From an uncultured archaeon (GTDB taxonomy: Archaea > Iainarchaeota > Iainarchaeia > Iainarchaeales > DTGL01): DNA of 37,683 nucleotides. Each line of letters starts with the position of its first letter. The stretch's first letter is position 1. The position numbers and the translations under genes are program-made. Shown here piece by piece: positions 1-9,594 of this stretch. The notes beneath the pieces are model-generated. The model saw only the letters and a list, made by a program, of their open reading frames with translations. It was not told where the DNA came from and did not search any database. The DNA lies in the NCBI GenBank assembly GCA_964551725.1, contig CAZKED010000009.1, positions 1 to 37,683 of the forward strand, in the 5' to 3' direction.

Positions 1-270
1 GCAATGACGAAAGCAAACCTGGATGTTGCTTTTAGGGTGATAACAGGCAAAATAAATCCGGGAATAGTGAAAATAAAACCGAAGCTCAAAACAGACCTCG
101 GTATTACAATGCTCGCAAATTCCATCACCCTCACCCCGGGCACGCTGAGCGTTGAAATAGGCAGAGACCGCAGCCTTTACGTGCACTGCATTAACCTGAA
201 AAACAGGAAACCTGAAATGAGAGAGGTGTGCGGAAACTTTCCCTACTGGATAAGGAGGATAACGGAATGA
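1..270 (+). CDS. mbhA: Mbh subunit A / Na+/H+ antiporter MnhE-like (5' truncated by window)
   Basis: MnhE motif LANSITLTPGTLSV...LYVH; first gene of an operon with overlapping start/stop codons. Confidence 0.85.
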   Translation, partial: AMTKANLDVAFRVITGKINPGIVKIKPKLKTDLGITMLANSITLTPGTLSVEIGRDRSLYVHCINLKNRKPEMREVCGNFPYWIRRITE

Positions 271-521
271 CTGTGCTCATGGCAACCGCAGTGGCTCTCG
301 CGCTCCTCACCCTGATCTGCCTTCTGAGAATGTTTTTGGGTCCAAGCACGCCCGACAGGCTGGTTGCGCTGGACACAACCAACACGCTGGCAGTGAGCCT
401 GCTTGTTGTTTTGGGCGCATTTTACCAGCAGGCAATTTTCGTGGACGTTGCAATAGTGTACGCAATACTTTCCTTTGCCGGCACGCTGTACTTTGCAAAA
501 TTCCTGGAGGGAAAAAAGTGA
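267..521 (+). CDS. mbhB: Mbh subunit B / MnhF-like
   Basis: GPSTPDRLVALD and DVAIVYAILSF motifs; ATG 267 overlaps the upstream stop (ATGA); GGAGG RBS. Confidence 0.85.
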   Translation: MTVLMATAVALALLTLICLLRMFLGPSTPDRLVALDTTNTLAVSLLVVLGAFYQQAIFVDVAIVYAILSFAGTLYFAKFLEGKK

Positions 522-853
522 ACGCGCATTATGCAGCATACGCGTTAATGGGTTTCGGGCTTGTTTTCCAGGTGCTCGGAACAATCGCGCTGCACCGCTT
601 TCCCGATGTTTACACGAGAATGCACGGCTCGACAAAATGCACCACATTCGGCTCGATTTTCGTAATACTGGGAATTGCGCTTCACGGTTTTCTTCTCGGC
701 GATGCAGCGCTCACACTGCATCCCCTCGCCGCGCTTGCCTTTTTGCTACTAACAAACCCCACGGGAGCGCACGCAATCGCCCGCGCCGCCCACAAAAGCG
801 GGGTGAAACCAAAAAGAGCAATAGTCGACAGGCTCGCGGAGGAAAAAAAATGA
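518..853 (+). CDS. mbhC: Mbh subunit C / MnhG-like
   Basis: RFPDVYTRMHGSTK and NPTGAHAIARAA motifs. Confidence 0.88.
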   Translation: MNAHYAAYALMGFGLVFQVLGTIALHRFPDVYTRMHGSTKCTTFGSIFVILGIALHGFLLGDAALTLHPLAALAFLLLTNPTGAHAIARAAHKSGVKPKRAIVDRLAEEKK

Positions 854-1083
854 TTCAGGCATTAGTGCTCCTTGGAATTCTCGTCGCGGCAGTTCTTGCG
901 GTAGAAAGCAAAGACCTGCTGCACGCCGTAATATTCCTCGCGGCAATGAGCATTCTCGTCTCGGTTGAATTCTACATACTGCAGGCGCCGGACGTCGCAA
1001 TAACCGAAGCAGCAGTGGGAGCCGGGCTTTCAACCGCGATTTTTGTCACTGCAATAATGAAAACAAGGAGGAAAGAGGAATGA
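850..1083 (+). CDS. mbhD: Mbh subunit D (DUF4040 / MnhB-related small membrane protein)
   Basis: MIQALVLL... with LQAPDVAITEAAVGAG motif; the likely start is ATG 850, inside track ORF 475..1083. Confidence 0.85.
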   Translation: MIQALVLLGILVAAVLAVESKDLLHAVIFLAAMSILVSVEFYILQAPDVAITEAAVGAGLSTAIFVTAIMKTRRKEE

Positions 1084-1346
1084 AATCATTCACCAAAGCG
1101 CTGGTGCTGGCAGTGCTGGTATTCTTCCTTGTTCTAGCAGCGCTTGAACTGCGCCCTTTCGGAATGCCGCAGAAAAGCGCGATGGACGATTACATTATTG
1201 TAAAAGGGCAGGAAGAGACAGCGGCAAACAATTTGGTTTCAGCTGTAGTCTTCGACTACCGCGGCTTTGATACGTTAGGGGAAGCAACGGTTTTGTTTGC
1301 AGCGGTAAGCGGCGCATACCTTCTTTTCAGGAGGGAATTGAAATGA
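1080..1346 (+). CDS. mbhE: Mbh subunit E
   Basis: NLVSAVVFDYRGFDTLGEATVLF motif; operon position. Confidence 0.85.
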   Translation: MKSFTKALVLAVLVFFLVLAALELRPFGMPQKSAMDDYIIVKGQEETAANNLVSAVVFDYRGFDTLGEATVLFAAVSGAYLLFRRELK

Positions 1347-1831
1347 CCGAAGAGGGGCTTTCAAAAATAGTGAGAACAGTCGCACTGCTGCTCACAGCGC
1401 CCATAACCGTGCTGGGGCTTTACATAATCGCCCACGGCCACCTTACCCCTGGCGGGGGCTTCCAGGGCGGCACGGTTATTGCCACCGCAATCGCGTTAAT
1501 GCTCGTGGCGTTCGGCTCCAAGCGCGTGAAAAAAGCCGTTGGAAAGGAAGTATTGAGCGCAACCGAAAGCCTCGGGCTTATTGCATTCATTGCAATCGCT
1601 TTTCTTGGAATGGGTTCAACGTTTTTCTCAAACTTTCTGGCGAACGCTGGCGGCCTGTTAGGAATGAGTATTCCGAGCGGAGCAAACCCAGGCACAATTA
1701 ATTCCGCCGGCACAATCCCGCTTATGAATTTTGCCGTCGGCATTGAAGTGGCAAGCGCTCTCTCGCTCGTGCTCCTGCTTATTTATTTTTCCGGGGAAAA
1801 GGAAGGCAAGAAGGGAGGCGGAAAAAAGTGA
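1343..1831 (+). CDS. mbhF: Mbh subunit F / MnhB domain
   Basis: HGHLTPGGGFQGG motif. Confidence 0.88.
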   Translation: MTEEGLSKIVRTVALLLTAPITVLGLYIIAHGHLTPGGGFQGGTVIATAIALMLVAFGSKRVKKAVGKEVLSATESLGLIAFIAIAFLGMGSTFFSNFLANAGGLLGMSIPSGANPGTINSAGTIPLMNFAVGIEVASALSLVLLLIYFSGEKEGKKGGGKK

Positions 1832-2202
1832 TTGCCGTGCTCTCCCAAAATTTGCCCTTTGTCGTCTCCGCCCTGCTCCTTCTCATTGGCATGTACGCGC
1901 TGCTCTTCAAAAGCAACCTCATAAAAATGGCAATAGGGCTTTCAGTAATGGGTTCCGCGGTAAACCTCTTCCTCATAGCGCTTGGCTACAGGCAGGATTC
2001 AATCGCCCCTATTTTCACTAATGCACCATTGGTTGGGGCAGTGAATGCAGCGGAGATGGCAATGCCGGTGCCGCAGGCCCTCACTCTCACAAGCATTGTG
2101 ATAAGCCTCGCGGTTACAGCGCTAATGCTTTCGCTCGCAGTTCTCACTTTCAGGCACACCGGAACGCTTGATGCAGAAAAGGCAGGGAGGCTGAAAGGAT
2201 GA
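1828..2202 (+). CDS. mbhG: Mbh subunit G / MnhC-like
   Basis: NLIKMAIGL and PVPQALTLTSIVI motifs. Confidence 0.88.
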   Translation: MIAVLSQNLPFVVSALLLLIGMYALLFKSNLIKMAIGLSVMGSAVNLFLIALGYRQDSIAPIFTNAPLVGAVNAAEMAMPVPQALTLTSIVISLAVTALMLSLAVLTFRHTGTLDAEKAGRLKG

Positions 2203-3752
2203 TTGAACTCGTGCAGCATTTTCCCGCGCTTGCAATCGGCGTGCCGCTTGCCTTCGCTTTCCTTCTCCCGCTGCTTAAAAAATGGAGGAATTCAGCGGTA
2301 ATTGCCGCGCTCGCCGCGCTTGCAGTGACTGAATTCCTCGCGCTTTTCATACTGCAGGACGTTTTGCAGAACGGCATCCGCATTTATTCAATGGGCGCGG
2401 TTGTGCCCGGGCTGGCAACGCCGGAGCAGATGGCTGTGCCGGTTAGAATCCTTCTCAGCATTGACGCTTTCTCGGCTTTCATGGGTGCGGTTGCCGCGAC
2501 AATCGCGCTGCTTGCGGGAATTTATTCCATTCATTTCATCAGGGAATCCCACTCCAAATATTTCTCCCTGTTGCTCCTAATGCTTGCAGGAGCCCTTGGC
2601 CTTGTTTTCACCGGCGACATGTTCAACATGTTTGTTTTCTTCGAAGTGCTTTCAATTTCCTCCATAGGGCTCATTGCTTTCTGGCTGCACCGTGCCGAGC
2701 CGGTTGAAGCCGGCTTCAAGTACCTGGCGATAAGCGCTGTCGCTTCCATTTTCGTGCTTTTTGCTGTCGGACTGCTTTACGGGCAGCACGGCGTTCTAAA
2801 CATTGCGGGTCTTTCGCGCAGCACGCTCCTCTACGGCTTTGCCTTCACGGACATTATCGCGCTCGCCTTGCTTGTGTGCGCTTTTTCAATGAAAGCAGGG
2901 GCAGCACCAATGCATTACTGGGTTCCAGACGCATACGGCGAGGCGCCTGCGGCAGTTACCGCAATGCTCGCAGTGGCGAGCCTTGCAAGCCTGTACGCCC
3001 TTTTCAGGATCGCGTTCACCGTTTTCGGGGCAACACCGCTCATTGAACTGGTTGCGTTCGCGGTAATAATTTTCGGAGTGCTCTCCCTTTTCCTCGGGGC
3101 AACAATGTCCCTGGTGCAGAAAGACCTGAAAAGGCTCATCGCTTATGCCGGAATTTCGCAGACGGGATTCATTCTCGTTGCTTTGGGCGTCGGGCTTGCG
3201 GCAATACACAATACGCCCTTACAGCCGTTCGGGGCAATGGCAATGGAAGGCGGGGTATTCCACGTAATAAACCATGCGTTCTACGAGGCACTGCTCTTCC
3301 TCTGCGCGGGCGCGGTTTTCCTCCGAACGGGAACAAAGGACCTGAACGAATTGGGGGGGCTTGCAAGGAGAATGCCTTTCACCGCATTCTTCTTTCTCAT
3401 TGGAGGGATTGCCATTGCGGGGCTTCCTCCTTCAAGCGCTTTTGCCTCAAAAATACTCATTTACGAATCGGTTTATTTCTTCAATCCCCTGATTGCGGTA
3501 ATAGCGCTCGTGTCAAGCGTTCTGGTTGTCGTGCCAATGGTCAAAGCATTCTGTGCAATTTTCCTCGGACCCGAAATAGGGAAATTCAAAAAAGTAAGGG
3601 AAGTGCCGGGGGCAATGCTTTTCACAATGCTTGTCCTTTCCGCGCTCGTAATAATTTTCGGCCTGTTTCCGGGCGCAATCGTTGAAACAATAGTGAGCCC
3701 CGCGGTTAATGCGTTGTTAAGCCAGAGTGCCTATGTGGGAGGCGTTCTCTGA
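2199..3752 (+). CDS. mbhH: Mbh subunit H / MnhD-NuoN-like proton-translocating subunit
   Basis: TGDMFNMFVFFE, EAGFKY, PMHYWVPDAY and DLKRLIAY motifs; many TM helices. Confidence 0.9.
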   Translation: MIELVQHFPALAIGVPLAFAFLLPLLKKWRNSAVIAALAALAVTEFLALFILQDVLQNGIRIYSMGAVVPGLATPEQMAVPVRILLSIDAFSAFMGAVAATIALLAGIYSIHFIRESHSKYFSLLLLMLAGALGLVFTGDMFNMFVFFEVLSISSIGLIAFWLHRAEPVEAGFKYLAISAVASIFVLFAVGLLYGQHGVLNIAGLSRSTLLYGFAFTDIIALALLVCAFSMKAGAAPMHYWVPDAYGEAPAAVTAMLAVASLASLYALFRIAFTVFGATPLIELVAFAVIIFGVLSLFLGATMSLVQKDLKRLIAYAGISQTGFILVALGVGLAAIHNTPLQPFGAMAMEGGVFHVINHAFYEALLFLCAGAVFLRTGTKDLNELGGLARRMPFTAFFFLIGGIAIAGLPPSSAFASKILIYESVYFFNPLIAVIALVSSVLVVVPMVKAFCAIFLGPEIGKFKKVREVPGAMLFTMLVLSALVIIFGLFPGAIVETIVSPAVNALLSQSAYVGGVL

Positions 3753-4099
3753 TGCTCGGGCTGGACAGCATCGGCGCCGCGGCATGGAATCCTGCAGTGA
3801 TGGCGCTGGCATTCCTTGTATTGCTCCTGCTAGTGCTCGCTTTGAGGGCGTTCGGCAGGGGGGATTTCGCAAAAGACAAATTAAAGACGCAGCCGTTCCT
3901 TTCAGGAAACGCTCCCACGGAAAAAAACCGCGTGCGCGCGGACAACTTTTTCTGGGGTTTTTTTGAAGCACTCAGACCCTATTACCGCAGGGCATCAAAC
4001 GTGCACTCCGGTCTGCTTAACGACTACATTTTCTGGTTCGCTTTCTGCCTTGCGCTCCTGCTCATTGCATTGTACGCGGGGGTGAGCCTGTGGGCATAA
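3752..4099 (+). CDS. mbhI: Mbh subunit I
   Basis: PFLSGN and HSGLLNDY motifs, two hydrophobic segments, position between H and J. Confidence 0.8.
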   Translation: MLGLDSIGAAAWNPAVMALAFLVLLLLVLALRAFGRGDFAKDKLKTQPFLSGNAPTEKNRVRADNFFWGFFEALRPYYRRASNVHSGLLNDYIFWFAFCLALLLIALYAGVSLWA

Positions 4100-4557
4100 A
4101 TTCGCTTAAGCGCTCGCTGTGGGTTTTCCACATCAACTCCGGGTCGTGCAACGGCTGCGACATTGAAATAATTGCAGCGTTGACTCCAAGGTATGACGTG
4201 GAGCGATTCGGCATCAAACTTGTCGGCACACCGAGGCACGCAGACGTCCTGCTCATAACCGGGCCTGTCACCAGACAGATGAAGGAAAAAGTGCTCAGGG
4301 TTTACAGCCAGGTTCCTGAGCCGAAAGTGGTGATGGTTGTAGGGAACTGCGGCTGCACCGGCGGAGTATTCTATGAATCGTACAACCTGCTTGGTCCAAT
4401 TGACAGGTTTTTTCCAGTAGATGTTTATGTCCAGGGATGCCCGCCGAGACCCGAAGCAATAATCGAAGGCGTGGTAAAAGCATGGAAGAAGCTCGAGGCG
4501 CTCGAAACACGCGGGAAAGGGAAAAAGAAAAGGAAAGCGAAGGGGGCTGAAAAATGA
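4090..4557 (+). CDS. mbhJ: [NiFe]-hydrogenase group 4 small subunit (NuoB-like)
   Basis: GSCNGCDIE, GNCGCTGG and GCPPRP Fe-S ligand motifs. Confidence 0.92.
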   Translation: MGINSLKRSLWVFHINSGSCNGCDIEIIAALTPRYDVERFGIKLVGTPRHADVLLITGPVTRQMKEKVLRVYSQVPEPKVVMVVGNCGCTGGVFYESYNLLGPIDRFFPVDVYVQGCPPRPEAIIEGVVKAWKKLEALETRGKGKKKRKAKGAEK

Positions 4558-5090
4558 ATCCCGAGGAAATAGTTGAGGCATTCAAAAAAGAATTCGGCGA
4601 AAAAATGGAAATAGGCATAAGGGAAAGCGGCAAAGGAAAGCGCTTGAAAAAAACAATATGGGCAACAGTGGACGGAAAGGATTTCCACAAAGTGGCAGAA
4701 TACCTGTTCGTTCTGCAGCCCCACCCGCATTTTTCTGTTTCCTCCGGCTCCGACACAGGCAGGGAAATCGAAATAAACAACCACTTCGTTCTCAACCAGG
4801 GCAATAAACTGGGCGCAGTCCCGCTCACCATAAAAGTGAAGCTCCCAAAAAGAAAGCCGGAAATGGAAACAATCACCGACCTTATTCCGGGAGCGCTTAT
4901 TTCAGAGCAGGAAAAAATGGAAATGCTCGGAATAAAGATAAAAGGCGTTCCGGAAAAAAGGGTTTTCACAGACGAAAGCATGCCCTCCGGGGTGTTTCCC
5001 TGGAGAAAGGATTCAAAAGGCGCGGACAAAATCGCAAGAAACCTGCACCAAGCGGGAAAGGCATTGAGAAAAGGAGGCGGCAAAAAATGA
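4554..5090 (+). CDS. mbhK: Mbh subunit K (NuoC-like 30 kDa subunit)
   Basis: TITDLIPGALISEQEKMEMLGI...GVP...PWRK pattern; position between J and L. Confidence 0.85.
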   Translation: MNPEEIVEAFKKEFGEKMEIGIRESGKGKRLKKTIWATVDGKDFHKVAEYLFVLQPHPHFSVSSGSDTGREIEINNHFVLNQGNKLGAVPLTIKVKLPKRKPEMETITDLIPGALISEQEKMEMLGIKIKGVPEKRVFTDESMPSGVFPWRKDSKGADKIARNLHQAGKALRKGGGKK

Positions 5091-6316
5091 GCAATTCCTT
5101 TGAAATCTGCATCGGGCCAATTCACCCGGCGCTCAAGGAGCCAATACAGCTGGACTTCAAAGTGGAGGGCGAAAGGGTAACAGACGTTTCGTTCAGGCTC
5201 GGGCAAGTGCACAGGGCAATCGAATGGGCTGGAATGCGCCGCAATCCCCTGCAAATACTCTACCTCGCGGAAAGAATATGCGGAATATGCAACATATGCC
5301 ATCCCATGGCATTCAGTCTCGCAATGGAAAGCATTGCCGGCATTGACGTGCCGGAAAGGGCCCATTACATTCGCACAATCAATGCAGAGCTTGAAAGGAT
5401 TCACTCCCATGTTCTCTGGGCCGGCGTGGCAGCGCACGAGTTAGGATTCGATTCTGTAATGCATTACACTTGGAGAGTGCGGGAAAAAGTGCTTGACATT
5501 ATTGAGATGCTCAACGGAAACAGGATAACAAAAGGATTGTTCATGATCGGCGGAGTGCGCAGGGATGTTGAAAAAAAGCATTACGCAAAAATAAGGGAAG
5601 CACTGCAGTACTACAGGGACTGCTACTCAAAGCTCGAAAGCATTCTCTTGAAGGACAAAAGCGTAAAAGCAAGAACAAGGGAAATAGGAATTCTTACAAA
5701 AAAGGACGCGCTGGAGCTTTGCGCTGTCGGTCCTACTGTCAGGGCATCGGGAGTGAAAAAAGACGTGCGCATGGATTTGCCCTATGCTGCCTATCCCTTC
5801 CTCGACATGGACTGCATTACTCCCGACATGGCAACAGGGGAAGTACGCTGCGATACCTATGACAGGATCGCCGTGAGGGTTCTGGAAGTTGGGCAGTCGA
5901 TTGAACTCATAGAGCAGTGCCTAAAGCAGTTGCCCTCCGGACCCGTACTCGCAGAGCCCTCGCTGCAAAAGCTCTTGGTGCAGCTGAAATCGGTCGAGGG
6001 CGAAGCGGTTGCGTTCCAGGAAGCGCCGCGCGGCGAACTCATTCACTACCTCAAAATGACCGCACAGGACTCGCCCCATACATGGAAGGTGCGGGCGCCA
6101 ACTTACTCAAATTTGCTTCCATTGGTGCCAATGCTTACAGGGTGCGAGATTGCTGACATTCCAATTGTTGCCGCTTCCATTGACCCCTGCATGTCGTGCG
6201 CCAACCGCGCTGTGCTCGCGGACAAAGGGAACACCATACTTTCAATGGATGCACTGCGTAAAAAAAGCATTGAAAAAACCCGCAGAATAGTAAAGGGGGC
6301 TGGAAAAAATGAATGA
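5087..6316 (+). CDS. mbhL: [NiFe]-hydrogenase group 4 large subunit
   Basis: GPIHPALKEP, L1 motif ERICGIC, EAPRGE, L2 motif DPCMSC followed by R and a cleavable C-terminal extension. Confidence 0.95.
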   Translation: MSNSFEICIGPIHPALKEPIQLDFKVEGERVTDVSFRLGQVHRAIEWAGMRRNPLQILYLAERICGICNICHPMAFSLAMESIAGIDVPERAHYIRTINAELERIHSHVLWAGVAAHELGFDSVMHYTWRVREKVLDIIEMLNGNRITKGLFMIGGVRRDVEKKHYAKIREALQYYRDCYSKLESILLKDKSVKARTREIGILTKKDALELCAVGPTVRASGVKKDVRMDLPYAAYPFLDMDCITPDMATGEVRCDTYDRIAVRVLEVGQSIELIEQCLKQLPSGPVLAEPSLQKLLVQLKSVEGEAVAFQEAPRGELIHYLKMTAQDSPHTWKVRAPTYSNLLPLVPMLTGCEIADIPIVAASIDPCMSCANRAVLADKGNTILSMDALRKKSIEKTRRIVKGAGKNE

Positions 6317-7307
6317 ATTGATTGAAGTGCTTGCACTGCTATTGCTCGTTCCCGCTTTCTGCATTGCTGCACTGTTCCTCGGGCTGCTGTTCCGGGGAAT
6401 TGACAGGAAGCTTGCGGCGAAAATGCAGGCAAGGGTGGGACCGCCGATAAGGCAGCCCTTCATTGATTTGAAGAAGCTTTTAATGAAGGAAAACATCGTG
6501 CCCGAAACAGCGGTTGGATGGGTTTTCAATTCAATGCCCGCAATCGCCCTTGCAGCGTCACTTCTCCTTATAATGTACATTCCCTTCGGAGGAATGCTCC
6601 CGTTGCTTGAAGGGTACGGCGACTTAATACTCGTGCTCTATTTGCTCATGATTCCGGCTCTCGCGCTCGCCATAGGCGGGTTTTCCTCCGGCTCGCCTTA
6701 CGCCAACGTGGGCGCGCAGAGGGAAATGGTTCTGATGATGAGCTACGAATTCGCTCTCTCCATTGTAATCGTTTCAATCGCATGGCTTGTTTCAGTTTCC
6801 GGAATTGCACTGAATCCCTTCCTGCTTTCAACCCTTGCCGTTGTCCCTGTCTGGAGTCTTGTCAGCGGAATTGGAGCAATCGGGCTGCTTTTGCTTCTGT
6901 TAGCATTAATGCTCGTAATGCCCGCCTCGCTTGGAAGAATTCCCGCGGACATAGCGGAAGCGAAAACAGAGATAGCAGACGGAATTCTGACGGAATACTC
7001 GGGCAGGAATCTCGCCCTCTTCTACCTCGCGCAGGACGTCCGCACTATTGCTTTCTCCGCGCTGGTGGTCGCGTTGTTCCTTCCCTGGAACCTCTCGCAG
7101 TTAACCGCTTTAACGGGGAATTTCGCCCTGCTCGGAAATCTCGCATTCTTTCTGGTGAAAATATTCATTGTAATGTTTTTCGGCTCCGTTTTCGTGCACA
7201 TTGCGGTGGCGCGCTTCAAAGTGAACCAGGCAGCCAAAGCCTACTGGGGTCCCATAATGCTTATTGCGCTCGCGGGAATGGCTCTGGTAATGTGGGGTGC
7301 GGGGTGA
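6309..7307 (+). CDS. mbhM: Mbh subunit M (NuoH-like)
   Basis: RKLAAKMQARVGPP, SPYANVGAQRE, PADIAEA and EYSG motifs. Confidence 0.92.
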   Translation: MNELIEVLALLLLVPAFCIAALFLGLLFRGIDRKLAAKMQARVGPPIRQPFIDLKKLLMKENIVPETAVGWVFNSMPAIALAASLLLIMYIPFGGMLPLLEGYGDLILVLYLLMIPALALAIGGFSSGSPYANVGAQREMVLMMSYEFALSIVIVSIAWLVSVSGIALNPFLLSTLAVVPVWSLVSGIGAIGLLLLLLALMLVMPASLGRIPADIAEAKTEIADGILTEYSGRNLALFYLAQDVRTIAFSALVVALFLPWNLSQLTALTGNFALLGNLAFFLVKIFIVMFFGSVFVHIAVARFKVNQAAKAYWGPIMLIALAGMALVMWGAG

Positions 7308-7311
7308 AAAA

Positions 7312-7737
7312 ATGCTTGGAATGGCCAAGGAACTCCTAAAGCAGTTGTTCCGTTCCACGGCAACGAACAAGTTTCCGGTCAAATACGCGCCGAAGTCCGC
7401 GACAAAGCTCTTGGAAAAAGTGGAAAAAGGGGAAGCAAAAATCAACCCGCCGGTGCCTGTTCCGCAGAGATTCAGGGGACGCCTTTCCTATGACAGGAAA
7501 AAGTGCATTATGTGCCGGCAGTGCGTTAAAGTGTGCCCGGCTGCGGCGCTTGAAGTGGATGAAAAAAACAACCGCATAAAGCATTACGTTGCACGCTGCA
7601 CTTTCTGCGCGCAATGCGTTGACATCTGCCCCACAAAGGCGCTTGAAATGACGCACGAATTTTTGCTTTCATCGTACGACAAAAAGCAGGGCTTCGCTTT
7701 GCCGGAAAAAAAGCAGGAGAAGAAAAAGGAAAAGTAG
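7312..7737 (+). CDS. mbhN: Mbh subunit N, 2x[4Fe-4S] ferredoxin (NuoI-like)
   Basis: CIMCRQCVKVCP and CTFCAQCVDICP; GGTGA RBS before ATG 7312. Confidence 0.92.
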   Translation: MLGMAKELLKQLFRSTATNKFPVKYAPKSATKLLEKVEKGEAKINPPVPVPQRFRGRLSYDRKKCIMCRQCVKVCPAAALEVDEKNNRIKHYVARCTFCAQCVDICPTKALEMTHEFLLSSYDKKQGFALPEKKQEKKKEK

Positions 7738-7765
7738 AATTCTTACAGCTAATTTGTGCGTTTAT

Positions 7766-8203
7766 TTAATTTTTTTTGAACGGGTTTATGGTTTTGACCC
7801 ATTTAACTTTTTTGAAGTCTTTTTCGTTTTCTGTTATGATTGTTTCAATGCTGTTTTCTTCCATTGTTGCAACAATCAGCGCGTCCCAGAAGGGAATTTT
7901 GTATATTGCCTGGTTGTTTATTGCATTGATTATGGTTGATTCCGAATACTTCAGTATTTCAAACCCGTCAATCAGGTCAAGAACGATTTGTTTTGCCCTG
8001 TCCAGTGCAAGCGGTTTCTGGATTTTTCCGGTTACTATTGAATGGAACTCGACCAAATTCTGGATACTTAAGGCGCCTGTCTGCCTAGCCCAATTTGATT
8101 TAACTGCTTCCTTTGCCAGTTCATGCTTCTTCCGCTCGCTCCTATCATAGGCATAAACTAAAATATTGGTGTCTACAAGCCGGAGTTCCCTATCCGCGAT
8201 CAT
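7766..8203 (-). CDS. vapC: PIN-domain (VapC-type) toxin
   Basis: LVDTNILVYAYD, FWDALIVAT and ITENEKDF PIN acidic motifs. Confidence 0.88.
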   Translation of the reverse strand: MIADRELRLVDTNILVYAYDRSERKKHELAKEAVKSNWARQTGALSIQNLVEFHSIVTGKIQKPLALDRAKQIVLDLIDGFEILKYSESTIINAINNQAIYKIPFWDALIVATMEENSIETIITENEKDFKKVKWVKTINPFKKN

Positions 8204-8432
8204 AAATGTCTTCCCTTTTATAGACCATTATTTTTCCCATCTCAAAGCCCCGATCCATCCACCTGAACTGCCTTTCCATGGCTCTCTGCCCTGCGGACTG
8301 CTTTGAAAGCAGGTCAAGGGATTCCGCAATCACCCTTGCCAGCGAGCCTTTTTTATTTCTATATTTTTTGCCCGCAATAGACCTCAGCTTCTGCTCGGTT
8401 TCCTTTTCCAGAGAAACGGTAATATTCCCCAT
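8190..8432 (-). CDS. Antitoxin (ribbon-helix-helix type, VapB-like)
   Basis: MGNITVSLEKETEQKLR RHH-like N-terminus; C-terminal REDIYDR; overlaps the toxin start. Confidence 0.75.
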   Translation of the reverse strand: MGNITVSLEKETEQKLRSIAGKKYRNKKGSLARVIAESLDLLSKQSAGQRAMERQFRWMDRGFEMGKIMVYKREDIYDRG

Positions 8433-8455
8433 ATTAAACACCACTAATTATATAC

Positions 8456-8926
8456 TTACAATATATTTTTATACTTATTGCTCTCTTTTGCGAGCTCTTC
8501 CAGTTCGTAAAATTCTTCCCTGCGGAGCAGTTGCATTAATTTTTCCGCCGCGGCTTTCACTTCAGGACTCATTTTTTCGTCCAGTCCAGCGCGGAAAGGC
8601 TGCACTCCGATTAGTAGAATGCTTTCAGAATGCCCTTCCGCGCGCTCAATGAACTCGCCCAAAGGCAGGGAGTGCGTGGAGTAGAACATGGAATTAGCCC
8701 TTTCCCTTGGAATTATTCGCACTGAGCCCGGAGGAAGCGACATTTCCGCTGCGTCCACCAAAACGAGCAATTCGGGCTTTTCTCTGCGCACAACGCCGAG
8801 AAAATTTTCGGGAACCGTGCCGGCATTAATGCACTTCCATTCTTCCGCCCTAAAATTTTCCGCCACGAAAACGCCTATTGCATCGTCGCCCTTTAATTCG
8901 TTTCCTATTCCGATAAGCAGTTTCAT
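8456..8926 (-). CDS. hycI: Hydrogenase maturation endopeptidase
   Basis: IGIGNELKGDDAIG, GTVPENF, LVDAA and STHSLPL motifs. Confidence 0.92.
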   Translation of the reverse strand: MKLLIGIGNELKGDDAIGVFVAENFRAEEWKCINAGTVPENFLGVVRREKPELLVLVDAAEMSLPPGSVRIIPRERANSMFYSTHSLPLGEFIERAEGHSESILLIGVQPFRAGLDEKMSPEVKAAAEKLMQLLRREEFYELEELAKESNKYKNIL

Positions 8927-9582
8927 TTGATTCCCTTTTCCGCTGCTCTTTCCTTTAGCCACGAAGCGATTTCTTTGATTCCCTCGCGGTTTTTAATGCT
9001 TGTCTCGAACACTTTGAATGCGGGATTGAGCTTTTTTGCGTCTGCCGCCATTTTTTCAACGCTTGCTTCAACCGCTTCAGCAATGTCCACCTTGTTTATT
9101 ATTGCCGCATCCGATTCCCTGAATATTACGGGGTGCTTTGCAATAATGTCGTCGCCCTCTGAAACGCTCACCACCACCACTTTCAGGTGCTCTCCCAAAT
9201 CGAAGTCGGCAGGGCACACCAAATTTCCGACGTTTTCAATGAACAGCAGCTGCATTTTTTCGAGCGGCAGTTCGTGCAACGCGTGCTGGACCATGTGCGC
9301 GTCCAGGTGGCAGAGCTTGCCTGTGTTTATTCCAATGCATGGAATCTTTTTTGCCTTGAATCGCGCGGCATCCAAATCGCTGACCACGTCTCCGGCGATA
9401 GCGCCGCATTCCAAAGGCAGCATTTCGACCAGTGTCTCAATGAGTTTTGTTTTGCCGGAGCCGATTGCCCCCATTACGTTCACTGCAAAAACCCTTTTTT
9501 CGTCAAGCATTTTTCTGTTTTCCTCTGCAATTCGTCTGTTCAAATCAAAAATGTTTTCGTTCAGTTCAAGCGGACCGTGCAT
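8923..9582 (-). CDS. hypB: Hydrogenase nickel-incorporation GTPase HypB
   Basis: GAIGSGKT, CHLDA, ENVGNLVCP and NKVD motifs; GGAGGT RBS. Confidence 0.95.
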   Translation of the reverse strand: MHGPLELNENIFDLNRRIAEENRKMLDEKRVFAVNVMGAIGSGKTKLIETLVEMLPLECGAIAGDVVSDLDAARFKAKKIPCIGINTGKLCHLDAHMVQHALHELPLEKMQLLFIENVGNLVCPADFDLGEHLKVVVVSVSEGDDIIAKHPVIFRESDAAIINKVDIAEAVEASVEKMAADAKKLNPAFKVFETSIKNREGIKEIASWLKERAAEKGIK

Positions 9583-9594
9583 TTTCAATACCTC

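Noticed and set aside
4295-5437. 380-aa minus-strand ORF and other long antisense ORFs (e.g. 8927..9727, 14112..14909, 17278..18045)
   Set aside because: These are shadows of well-supported genes on the opposite strand and carry no motifs.
5087-6316. Mbx/Mbs or complex I NuoD instead of a hydrogenase; selenocysteine variant
   Set aside because: Both CxxC Ni-binding motifs are intact with Cys codons, and maturation genes are adjacent.
8433-8449. CACTAATT near the vapB start as another junction element
   Set aside because: It lacks the ATTAAATT-N8 spacing and is oriented opposite to the adjacent gene.
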